Shown here: positions 44,207 through 53,186 of the stretch, piece after piece
How positions within the stretch are numbered: the stretch's first letter is position 1
Layout of the letters: each line of letters begins with the position of its first letter
Notes under the pieces: model-generated
Seen by the model: the letters and a program-made list of their open reading frames with translations, nothing else
What the model was told of the DNA's origin: nothing
Database searches by the model: none
IMG/VR virus record: IMGVR_UViG_3300040801_002290
Location: 32,001 to 96,000 of that record
Direction: 5' to 3' (one strand)
Length of the DNA stretch: 64,000 nucleotides
Origin: a virus
Program-made: the position numbers and the translations under genes

Positions 44207-46842
44207 TAACTTACCCTAACCCACAAAGTGTGTACATCATTTCCCCAAGTACCGCTAAGGTTCCGTGTCCACCCCTGGCATCTCCAAGAGCCACTTGACA
44301 AGGAACTACTCCTTACAGTAGTAGCACCAGCATTTTGATAAAACCCCGCTGGATAAAGAAGTGCGCCAGAAATTATTCTCCCTAACCAAAACTCCTCACT
44401 TACGTTTGCCCCCTTCCTGGTAGCCCAAACATACGCACCAATTCCCGTGGTAGAAGCTACTCCAGCAGAAGAGTCATCCACGTAGCCCTTTGTTGCGACA
44501 GTATCACTTGAGTCACCGCTAGAGGTGGCCGCTGCCCTAAACTTACCAGAGGAATCTCTTCTGACAAGAGTATTAGCTGTAGAAGCATTTGTGCTGTTGG
44601 TTCTAATCCAATTAACATTAACTATTTGAGTTGAAGTAGATGTAGGACCGTTAACAGAAGTACCAACATTTGAATTTGCAGCCCCATCCCTAGCCATAAT
44701 TGTACTTAGTGAGGCAGAAGAGGTGGCACCGTGAACAGCAGTTCCTGTGCCATTTACGTGTGTATCAAACTGGGACTTTGGTACAGCATCATTGGGGTCA
44801 GAAGCTGTAGCAACCCTAAGCCTTCCACTGCTGTCTCTTCTTGCTAAGGTATTGGCAGTTTGAACGTTTGTAGAGTTTGCTCTAATCCAGTCAACATTTA
44901 CAATATCCTGAGAAGTGCTTGTTGGGTTATTGGTAGAGGTGCCTACTTGGGCACGAGCATTTGTGTCTCTAATTATAATTCTGCTGGCCGTAGCGGTGCT
45001 TCTGGCGTCGTGAACATCTGTGGCATTTACGTGGAAAGAGATGTCCCCGCCAACTCCACCAGCTACTGAATCCACATAACCCTTAGAAACCAAAACATTT
45101 GCTGGGGTGCTTGGACCTAAGGCGCTGGAGATTACAGAAGAATAAGTTATATTACCTTCTATATCTTGTAAGGCTATCGGTCTTGTGCTGTTAATCCACG
45201 AGCCCCCAGAGTACCTTAGAAAATTATTTTCCGATGGGGCTACAATATTAGTGTCTAGAAGAGCAGAAAGTGTATAATCAGAACCAATAAAGTCAGTCCC
45301 CAGTGCGTTTCTCAGTAGTATCTGGTTTGGGCCTACAGAGCCAATATCATTTAGGTCTGCAAGTCCAATGGTATCAACAATCTTAAATGCTTGGTTCGGG
45401 TCAAAGGTGCCAACAAAACCAACGTTTCCTGCTTCGTTTGCAGTTAGGAATGTGTGGTATGTTTCGTTTGTTCTGTTAACGGGGAAATACTCAGAATCCA
45501 AAACGTCTCTGTTATACCAGGAAGATGGGTTCTGCTCAAGGAAACACCTTACTTCTGTGTTTGGAACTGCGGCAGACTTAACTAGACCCAAATGAAAATA
45601 GAACTGGAACGTGTCTGGCTTATATCTGTTTCTTTGAACCTTTTCTAGTTCCTCAGAGTTTGGAACCGCATAGTACTTTATACCCAAGACTACCCCGTCT
45701 GTATACCTACCGTTAACATCCTGGAGAAGTAAGTCTCCAATGCCGCTAAAGTAGTCACTTTGAGGAATTTCTCTTACAATGTTGTTATTTCCATCAAAGA
45801 TGTATTCCGCCAAAATTGCATCTTGAGATTCCCCATTGTAGACATTACCATATCTTGTGTAGTAGTACTGAACTCCACCTACATTTTCTTCCCGTAATTG
45901 CTCAGCAGAAATTACTGTAAAATTCAACTCTGTGTCTAAGTCGGTGAAGGTTTCTCCGTCAAATACAAGAGTTTGAAGCTGAGCATTGGTGATGTTCAAC
46001 TTAATAATTCCTTTACTGTAATCTAGAACTTTGAAAGTGCCGGAAGCTACGTCCTCTGAGCTACTTAAATCCTGAGGTATGTAAGAGAATTTATTAGACC
46101 CAGAAACACTTCTCCAAAGAATAACGTGGGCTCCAAAATCTAGAGAAAAATTAGTGTGTTCAAAGGTAAGAGTGCTATCATAATTGTTTCGAAAATAAGC
46201 TCTAGTAATCGTACTATTTTGAGGGTCTATGAAGTTACCATCGTATCTACCGTCTTTTATTGGCAATGGACTCTCTGCCCCCAGTCTTAGCAAAGAGAAA
46301 GTTACGCTCTGACCTGAAAAGTTCAAACCGTCATAGGGATAAACAATCGAGTATTTATCTGGCTCTTGAAAAATCCCGTTAAGTCTAATATCCAAATACC
46401 CATAGGCGTAGTCATCAAAAAAATCTTTGTAAATCGGCCTGTAAGGGAGTTGTCTTTCCGCTGCACTAAGATTTTCAAAAACTATTGTCTGTGTATTTCC
46501 ACTTGAGTTCTCGGTAGCAAGCGTGGTCCACTTATACACCTGGGGCTCTACCGCTCCGTCATTAGTTAAGACGTTAAACCTAAAGTACTCGGTGTCTAAG
46601 CGGCCAAAGAAGTTACCCTCCTCCTTTCCAACCGGAGTGAAAAAGACCGACTCGTTTCCACCGGCACCTGTTCTAGTGTCGTAAAGGAAGTTATCGGCGT
46701 CAAAGAACCCACCTTCATTAGTGAGGGCGTTGGTGGAGAATCCAAAGTTGGCCCCCAGGAACCCACGAATATAATCCATGAAGTCACTGAAATTGCTTCC
46801 ACCAATAGGTACACCCTCATAGGTGTTAAGTTTAGTTATCAT
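44206..46842 (-). CDS. Tail fibre protein
   Basis: TK.YVD repeats, 93-aa internal duplication, C-term GIGAY...GSWRC.G tip; adjacent chaperone. Confidence 0.85.
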   Translation of the reverse strand: MITKLNTYEGVPIGGSNFSDFMDYIRGFLGANFGFSTNALTNEGGFFDADNFLYDTRTGAGGNESVFFTPVGKEEGNFFGRLDTEYFRFNVLTNDGAVEPQVYKWTTLATENSSGNTQTIVFENLSAAERQLPYRPIYKDFFDDYAYGYLDIRLNGIFQEPDKYSIVYPYDGLNFSGQSVTFSLLRLGAESPLPIKDGRYDGNFIDPQNSTITRAYFRNNYDSTLTFEHTNFSLDFGAHVILWRSVSGSNKFSYIPQDLSSSEDVASGTFKVLDYSKGIIKLNITNAQLQTLVFDGETFTDLDTELNFTVISAEQLREENVGGVQYYYTRYGNVYNGESQDAILAEYIFDGNNNIVREIPQSDYFSGIGDLLLQDVNGRYTDGVVLGIKYYAVPNSEELEKVQRNRYKPDTFQFYFHLGLVKSAAVPNTEVRCFLEQNPSSWYNRDVLDSEYFPVNRTNETYHTFLTANEAGNVGFVGTFDPNQAFKIVDTIGLADLNDIGSVGPNQILLRNALGTDFIGSDYTLSALLDTNIVAPSENNFLRYSGGSWINSTRPIALQDIEGNITYSSVISSALGPSTPANVLVSKGYVDSVAGGVGGDISFHVNATDVHDARSTATASRIIIRDTNARAQVGTSTNNPTSTSQDIVNVDWIRANSTNVQTANTLARRDSSGRLRVATASDPNDAVPKSQFDTHVNGTGTAVHGATSSASLSTIMARDGAANSNVGTSVNGPTSTSTQIVNVNWIRTNSTNASTANTLVRRDSSGKFRAAATSSGDSSDTVATKGYVDDSSAGVASTTGIGAYVWATRKGANVSEEFWLGRIISGALLYPAGFYQNAGATTVRSSSLSSGSWRCQGWTRNLSGTWGNDVHTLWVRVS

Positions 46843-47587
46843 AGTAAATCTCTCCCTTACTTCCTCCCGCTCCGGGCTCCCTAATTATAACCCGGTCAAC
46901 ACGAATACCGGCAGCGGAAATATCATTTATTAATGAGCGGAAACTATCTGCCCTAAAAGCCTCTAAAAGTCTATCAAAATATAAGTTTTTAACTCTTCTC
47001 CACTCAACATTTGGTGGGTAAATAAACTCCTCCATTGAGAATGTATCAAAGTTAAATATATCAACTTTTCGGTAAAGAACATTTCCATCAGAATCTAAAA
47101 CCGGAACAGAGGCATCGTAACTTTTTGGAGAAATGACAATAGAAAGTCCGTATAGAAGAGTACCTTCCGGTTCTCTTATGGGAACATCGAAGGTAGAAGA
47201 AGTACCATCAAAAGCAGTGCTAAAGCTCTCTCTGATTTCAACATCGGCTTCTATTCCATAGGTGTCCATCAATCTAGCAATGCTTCTTGAAATACCGCCG
47301 CGAGTAGCACTCTGTCCGATTGAGAAAAGAATTCTTCTTCTATACTCCTTGTCATTTTCCCCGACATTTCTTAGAACCCCAAACATGTCTCCAAGTAGGT
47401 CTAGGTAACTTCCAGAGGATTCTGGATTTATATTTGGAAAGTCCCCGTCATAGATAAGCGGAGTTTTACTACTACTTTTCTCCTCATTTATTAGATATAG
47501 ATTTGGAAGGAGGTTTCTTACCGCTGTTTTTAAAAGAGTAATACCGGAAGAAAATCCCCTGGTGAAAAAATAGAGTATTTCTCCCAT
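46832..47587 (-). CDS. Baseplate wedge protein
   Basis: YLDLLG..FG..R..GE.D..YRRRI; AAG. Confidence 0.7.
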   Translation of the reverse strand: MGEILYFFTRGFSSGITLLKTAVRNLLPNLYLINEEKSSSKTPLIYDGDFPNINPESSGSYLDLLGDMFGVLRNVGENDKEYRRRILFSIGQSATRGGISRSIARLMDTYGIEADVEIRESFSTAFDGTSSTFDVPIREPEGTLLYGLSIVISPKSYDASVPVLDSDGNVLYRKVDIFNFDTFSMEEFIYPPNVEWRRVKNLYFDRLLEAFRADSFRSLINDISAAGIRVDRVIIREPGAGGSKGEIYYDN

Positions 47588-47588
47588 A

Positions 47589-49091
47589 TTACTTAGACCT
47601 TCCTATGTCTTCAAGAGAGAGAAAGTATGGTGGATATTTAGAATAAATGAACTCCACATCCTCTTCTAGATACTTCTTTAGTGCTTCATAGTCTGTAGTA
47701 ACTCTCATATAGACAGATGGAAGGAGTTGATTTACAGGGACGTTATTCTTTTTTAGTTGTCCTGGGTATGTCTCTCTAAATTCGCTAGACACCGTTGTGT
47801 AGCTTAGGTGGAAAAAAGAGTAGTCAGATTTTATAGGAAAGTCTGGTAGAAAGTTTGTGTTTATTTTTAGATAAACCCCAACATAATCCCCAGGAGCCAA
47901 AACAGGAATTCTTGTTACTGTATTTCCAGGAGTAAATGTTTGAGAGCGGAGGTCAATACCCACACCAGACCCATCTGAGTTAAAGTTTGAAACGTTCCTT
48001 ACGGGGGAAAATAGGTAGCTTACTGAAATTTGATTGAACATGGAGGTTTTTGAACGGCCATCAGTAATTATTTCATCTCGGTTATCTAACAAAACACCGT
48101 ACCTAGACTCCTCATCTTCAAGAAAGAACCTATTCTCAAATATTTTTTTATCATCTATCGTGTATGTAGAGCCACCGTCAACCCAAAAATCTATGTTTCT
48201 TCTTTCTAGAAAAGTAGAGTCATTGCTTATGTAAAAAGCTCTATAGAATGTTTTTGAAAACAAAGCATCGCTAGACGGGATATACCTGTCCATAAGGCCA
48301 ACAACAGGGGAGTAGGAAAAATCGGCTCTTGATTCGTAGGTAGAGGAGGGCAGTCTTGGATAATAGTTCTGTGAGGAGGCTAAGTAATCTTTAGTTATGT
48401 CTCCACCATAGATAGTGTCTGCCCTTTTAAACCTAATAGGGTCTATTATGTCTCCTCTGACTCTTAGGGGGTATATGTATAGGTTGTCTATAAACCCAGA
48501 AACATTAATATCTACATTTCCTGGGGAAACTTCCGGGTCATAAAACTCACCCTCTAAAACCTCTGTAATTATCTCGTTTCGAAAGTCTGTTGATGACGGA
48601 AAAAATGAAAAATCGGAGAACTCCAACAGACGTATATCAACCCTCGGTATTATTGGGTAAACCTCAAATGAGTTAATAATGTTAGGCGATATTTGTCTTC
48701 CGGTTATAGTTGGGTTGAATATTTCAAAAGAGTCAAGCAAGTCCAAACTAGCCGCTCTACCAAAAACAGAGGAAATGTCATAAAAATTAGCAGAGTCAAT
48801 AAGGTTTGGAGAAAACGAAAGCTCAGTTCTTATTACATCGTATACTTCTGACTGGTCGATTATCTGAGTTTCAATCTCTTGTGGGTATGAAACTAGGGGA
48901 AGAAATACAACTCCACTCGGTAGGTATTCAATAAGGACAGGGTGTCCAGAAACACTACCATTTGCGGTAATGTAGTTTTCAAAAAAAGTAAATTCCTCTT
49001 CAAAAAAAGCAACAGAAACTATCTCCCCACCCGTGACAGAGGGGGCAAAAAAGCTTTCTGAATCTAGTAATTGAAGAGAAATATCAGCCAT
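47589..49091 (-). CDS. Tail/baseplate structural protein
   Basis: 500 aa, beta-rich, position in the baseplate cluster. Confidence 0.5.
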   Translation of the reverse strand: MADISLQLLDSESFFAPSVTGGEIVSVAFFEEEFTFFENYITANGSVSGHPVLIEYLPSGVVFLPLVSYPQEIETQIIDQSEVYDVIRTELSFSPNLIDSANFYDISSVFGRAASLDLLDSFEIFNPTITGRQISPNIINSFEVYPIIPRVDIRLLEFSDFSFFPSSTDFRNEIITEVLEGEFYDPEVSPGNVDINVSGFIDNLYIYPLRVRGDIIDPIRFKRADTIYGGDITKDYLASSQNYYPRLPSSTYESRADFSYSPVVGLMDRYIPSSDALFSKTFYRAFYISNDSTFLERRNIDFWVDGGSTYTIDDKKIFENRFFLEDEESRYGVLLDNRDEIITDGRSKTSMFNQISVSYLFSPVRNVSNFNSDGSGVGIDLRSQTFTPGNTVTRIPVLAPGDYVGVYLKINTNFLPDFPIKSDYSFFHLSYTTVSSEFRETYPGQLKKNNVPVNQLLPSVYMRVTTDYEALKKYLEEDVEFIYSKYPPYFLSLEDIGRSK

Positions 49092-49094
49092 TCA

Positions 49095-49535
49095 TTACAG
49101 CCTAAAGATGTAACCGTTCCCACCATTCCAAAGAATAGTTATGTCCCCTCCGTTTGGAGTCACTGGCAATCCAGAAATTGCAGAGTCAATATAAGCCACA
49201 AGCACGTTATCATCTTCGTTTGCAGTACCGTTATCTCGATAAATTACTACAGCAGAAACTTCGGCTCCGGTAACAGTAGAGAAAACAGTGTTAGTTGCCT
49301 GGGCGATTCCCTCGGTGGTAGAAGAGTTTCCAACCAGCGGAGTGACATCAACCCGAGCCCCAACCGGAATATCAGCCAGGGAAAGATGGGTCACATCGTG
49401 TGTGTAAAGCGTAGTGTCGATAAGAACGACTCCAAAGCTGTCGGCCTCCCAGTCTATCTGGCCCGTGAATGGCGTCGTTCCCTGGGTTATGGAGGTTAGG
49501 AACCCTCTTCTTCCAATATCATAAAGTGAAGACAT
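49095..49535 (-). CDS. Minor tail protein
   Basis: IDW.AD...VL.D, ..VIY, LVAYID...PNGGDITI.W. Confidence 0.65.
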   Translation of the reverse strand: MSSLYDIGRRGFLTSITQGTTPFTGQIDWEADSFGVVLIDTTLYTHDVTHLSLADIPVGARVDVTPLVGNSSTTEGIAQATNTVFSTVTGAEVSAVVIYRDNGTANEDDNVLVAYIDSAISGLPVTPNGGDITILWNGGNGYIFRL

Positions 49536-49547
49536 TTTTTCTCCTTA

Positions 49548-51782
49548 TTAAATAAACTTGATTCCAACTATTGTAGTTGGTTGAGTACTTAGACTAATTG
49601 TTGATGGCCTGAAAATTTCTACTTCGGAGGATTCGTAGTCTCTAATAACATTGTAGTTAATAAAGTCTGGTTTTAGCGGGTAATTTTCCGGAGCTAGAGT
49701 TTCAATTGGCTCTCCGAGAATGTAGGAGAGAAAGTACAACTGGTCATTAAACGTAGTTCCAAAAGAGTCTAGATAGGAAGAAATAACAGAGCTAAAATAA
49801 TCTACCGTAATAGCATCTTCATACCTCTCAATCAGTGCTTCATAAAGATTATACAACACTTCTGCATTTCCCTCAAGAACTTCAAAATTACTACCATCTA
49901 TAACGTTGTAAAGAATACCTGTGGCGTCTCCTACCCCAGAGGCGGTAATGTAGGTAATATCGTCTATATCCTTTTTAATATAAACAGCCTGGCCTCCTGG
50001 TGCGTAAGGAGTGAATGAGTGTGCTTGGTTTATCTCTAACACTCCTGAGGTTGACGCCTTAGAAAGAACTTCCTCATCATAAGAAGCCTTATATTCAACG
50101 TATGTTTCATCCGTAAGATACTTAGACAAAACCATGTTGAAAACGTTGGAAATTCCAGTTATGTCACTAAGCGCCCTCAGTAATTCTGAGTACCTTACAG
50201 AGTCACCGGGGTTAATCAACTTTAAGTATTCCTCTACGGTTACTGCGGATTGCTGATAGATTGAATTCTTTGAAGTGCCAGCATCTAGACGCATAGTAAG
50301 AGTAGTGTTTAGTCTTATAAGTTCTGGCTCTCTGACAATTAGGTTTATTCCAGCGGCTTTCCACTCGTCGTTTAGAAACTGCCTAATAGTTCCTCGTAAA
50401 CCACCTGGCAAAGTACCATTCTCGTCTGACGCAAGCACCACAGCAGAGCCACGAGGAGTCAAGGTTGAAGGTAGAGTTTTTGCAAAAGACACACCAGGAA
50501 TTTGTAGAGTACCAGCCTCCAGGGAGGTGCTGGTAGCCCTCGCCAGACTTCCAAGATACTTTCTCAGAGACTCTCGATACTGAGCATCAGTATCCTCATC
50601 CGACGCCCCTCCTACCGCAGCAGAGTCAATGATTCTATAGTCCGAAGTTAAAACACTATCCGGGTCAAAAATCAACTCGTTGCTGATTTGGTCTGGTCTC
50701 TGCTGGACTCTTAGACCGTCAACAAGGTTTGTCTCTATAAAGCTTCTAAGAGAAGCAACAGTCGGAGAGGGGTAGACGGTGTCTTTGTAATTGAATGACG
50801 TGAGAGTTAGTTCAACAACCGTATTATTGTCCAAAACCTTAATTGAAGGAAGCTTATTTAGGGAGTTTTCTATGGGCAAGGCCAAAGTTATATTTGAAGT
50901 ACTGGCGTCAATATATTCAAAGATAAGACCAGCAGTTCTATTTATTGTTCCACCATCTGTATAAGTTGCAACGATAGAATTTTCTTTCGTAACATCCCCA
51001 GTTATTTCCACAAAGCCCGTTTTAGAAAAGTTAAATGCATTCAATGTGGAAAGAGAGCTAGTAGCATTATCGTAATCTAAAATCTCTGTAAATCGACTAT
51101 AGAACGGGGCTCCAGAAACCGCCTGCTGAGAGGAGAAGAAAATAAGTCCTGGATTCTTTGTGTTAAGAACACCAGTCAGACCGGGTGGAGGGGAAGGGAA
51201 GGAATAAATGCCGCCCTCACGAATGTTTGTCTTGCTCCCCTTATTTACAGAAGCTACAGGTAAAATCAAAAACTGAACAGCCCTATCTATGTAGATAAGC
51301 CTGTCTGTGTTTCCGGGGTCCACAAAAGGAAGAAGGACATCTGTGTTTCTTGGAGCTATTAGAGAAAATACTGTACCCTCTTCTCCCTGTAGGTTATACC
51401 CAACAAACTTGGTAGAACTTTGTACACCGCCGGTAAATTCTCCGGTTTCGTGATTATAGTCGGCATATCTCAGTTCAATACCCTCTGGGTTTGTCAAGGG
51501 AGAGTTACCGTATACCACAACGTACCCGGTAGCCCTAGTGGACGGACTTCTCTCTAGCTGAAAGGTTCCCTCAATTAACTTATCCAGATACTCTCCGGTC
51601 GCCGTTGCTACGTATGCCTGTCTACGAATTTCCTCAAGCTCGCTGTACACCCTCTCAAGAGAGGAGGAAAAGGCGTAAAAAATACCACCAATTACCGAGC
51701 CTATGGAGAAATCTGTAATTCTATTCTGAATAGCAGAATAAAATGAAATTATATTTCTTCTAATTTCGCTAAGAGTTTTCAT
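49548..51782 (-). CDS. Baseplate J-like wedge protein
   Basis: ITDFSIGSV, TA.GEYLD, GG..EDTD..YR, KAAGI. Confidence 0.88.
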   Translation of the reverse strand: MKTLSEIRRNIISFYSAIQNRITDFSIGSVIGGIFYAFSSSLERVYSELEEIRRQAYVATATGEYLDKLIEGTFQLERSPSTRATGYVVVYGNSPLTNPEGIELRYADYNHETGEFTGGVQSSTKFVGYNLQGEEGTVFSLIAPRNTDVLLPFVDPGNTDRLIYIDRAVQFLILPVASVNKGSKTNIREGGIYSFPSPPPGLTGVLNTKNPGLIFFSSQQAVSGAPFYSRFTEILDYDNATSSLSTLNAFNFSKTGFVEITGDVTKENSIVATYTDGGTINRTAGLIFEYIDASTSNITLALPIENSLNKLPSIKVLDNNTVVELTLTSFNYKDTVYPSPTVASLRSFIETNLVDGLRVQQRPDQISNELIFDPDSVLTSDYRIIDSAAVGGASDEDTDAQYRESLRKYLGSLARATSTSLEAGTLQIPGVSFAKTLPSTLTPRGSAVVLASDENGTLPGGLRGTIRQFLNDEWKAAGINLIVREPELIRLNTTLTMRLDAGTSKNSIYQQSAVTVEEYLKLINPGDSVRYSELLRALSDITGISNVFNMVLSKYLTDETYVEYKASYDEEVLSKASTSGVLEINQAHSFTPYAPGGQAVYIKKDIDDITYITASGVGDATGILYNVIDGSNFEVLEGNAEVLYNLYEALIERYEDAITVDYFSSVISSYLDSFGTTFNDQLYFLSYILGEPIETLAPENYPLKPDFINYNVIRDYESSEVEIFRPSTISLSTQPTTIVGIKFI

Positions 51783-52315
51783 TGTCTGTCCTCAACGGCA
51801 AGAGAAATACTGATTACTTCTCTTTGTGCAGTAATTGGTATAACCGAGCATGTAACTTCAACCGAGGTGGGTGTAGAAAAAACTGCTCTCACTTCCGCTA
51901 CTTCTTTTGTTCTCCTATCTTTATACAACTCTTCTGTTATGTCAGCAACAAGTCTAGATGTTATTACGCTTTTCGAAGCATAACTTTGTCCTAAGTAGTT
52001 TCTCCACGGAACACCAAAAAACCTGTCCTCAGGGTGAGTACCCCTATCGGTCACAAGCCTGTGGGTTATAGCTTGAGCATAATTTAGAAGTCCACTTACT
52101 TCGCGCAAATCACCGGAGGAGAAAAACTGCCTCTCGTTAATAAATAAGTCTCCTTCGGCAAACATAAGTAAATCTGTGCCATAAAGCCTTATATTTTCCT
52201 GGCTTCTGGCATAAAGGGCTTCTTTTTCCACGCCATCAGCAGTAAGAAAATCCTCTCTTGAGGAATTTAATATAGCCCCGTTAATAGAAATAGTTGCCTT
52301 GGTCGTCGTTAACAT
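51779..52315 (-). CDS. gp25-like baseplate wedge/sheath initiator
   Basis: NY.QAI..RL.T..G.HP...FG, D.R. Confidence 0.75.
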   Translation of the reverse strand: MLTTTKATISINGAILNSSREDFLTADGVEKEALYARSQENIRLYGTDLLMFAEGDLFINERQFFSSGDLREVSGLLNYAQAITHRLVTDRGTHPEDRFFGVPWRNYLGQSYASKSVITSRLVADITEELYKDRRTKEVAEVRAVFSTPTSVEVTCSVIPITAQREVISISLAVEDRQ

Positions 52316-52321
52316 AAAAGT

Positions 52322-52350
52322 ATTCTACCACAGTTAAAAATCATTCTCAA
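52322..52350 (-). promoter_or_regulatory. Leaderless sigma70 promoter
   Basis: TTGAGA-17-TGgTAGAAT-6-ATG. Confidence 0.7.
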
Positions 52351-52872
52351 TCAACTATACCTGTCAATAATTTCCTGAGCATTTCCACCTATCTGACCGA
52401 AGAGCTTCCCAATTCTGTCTATAGTGGCAGCAGTACCGCCATCCCCACCAACGATGAGAATAATTGCAGCGACAGACTCGTCTCCACCCCCTGGACTTCT
52501 ATCTGGTAACCCAGAACCTAGCTCACTCGATATTTCTCCGCTCATTCCGTCTATTCTTCCTACGTAGTTAAAATGATAAATTCCAGAAGCACTAAGAGCA
52601 TCAGCTAGTTGACTCGTTAAACCCTTAGCCTCGTCAAGGATAGCGTTAGCTTGAGTTAATACATTCTGAGCATTATTAGCGGTTGCTTGGGCCTTGGTAA
52701 GCTCTTGTTGAACACGAAGAGCCTTTTGTTGTAGAGCCTCAACACCCTTTTGCTTATCTTCCAAGAAGGACTCTACCTCAGCAGACTTTTCTTGCAATGT
52801 AGCTGCCGCTTCATTAAGACCAGGAGCTAAATCAGAAAAAGAAATTTTACCCTGATAAATTAATTCGGCCAT
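52351..52872 (-). CDS. Coiled-coil baseplate-region protein
   Basis: Long heptad segment. Confidence 0.55.
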   Translation of the reverse strand: MAELIYQGKISFSDLAPGLNEAAATLQEKSAEVESFLEDKQKGVEALQQKALRVQQELTKAQATANNAQNVLTQANAILDEAKGLTSQLADALSASGIYHFNYVGRIDGMSGEISSELGSGLPDRSPGGGDESVAAIILIVGGDGGTAATIDRIGKLFGQIGGNAQEIIDRYS

Positions 52873-52881
52873 AAATTCTCC

Positions 52882-53178
52882 TTAAACAATATTTACATTC
52901 CCGCTGTTTGCAACAACGGTGTGAGTAGCATCGCAACTAGCCCTGTCTCCGTTTACAATGACACCCTGCCCGTTAACTCTAATTGTGCCCTGACTAGCTA
53001 TCATGGTTGGGGAAGTATGAGTTGGAAATAAAAATCTCGTATGCGTTGGTATAACATCCCCGTGGACAACAACTGTTCTTCCATTAATTCTAACATTCCC
53101 TGTTTTAGAAATAATAGCAGGGCTAGGGGACCAGGGGGAGGTTATAACACCGTCGCCAGAAAGGGCAATTGCAGGCAT
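52882..53178 (-). CDS. PAAR-like spike tip protein
   Basis: V.ING..V...GD...H, G..V..NGD.ASC, V...S.NV. Confidence 0.85.
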   Translation of the reverse strand: MPAIALSGDGVITSPWSPSPAIISKTGNVRINGRTVVVHGDVIPTHTRFLFPTHTSPTMIASQGTIRVNGQGVIVNGDRASCDATHTVVANSGNVNIV

Positions 53179-53186
53179 ATTTTCTC

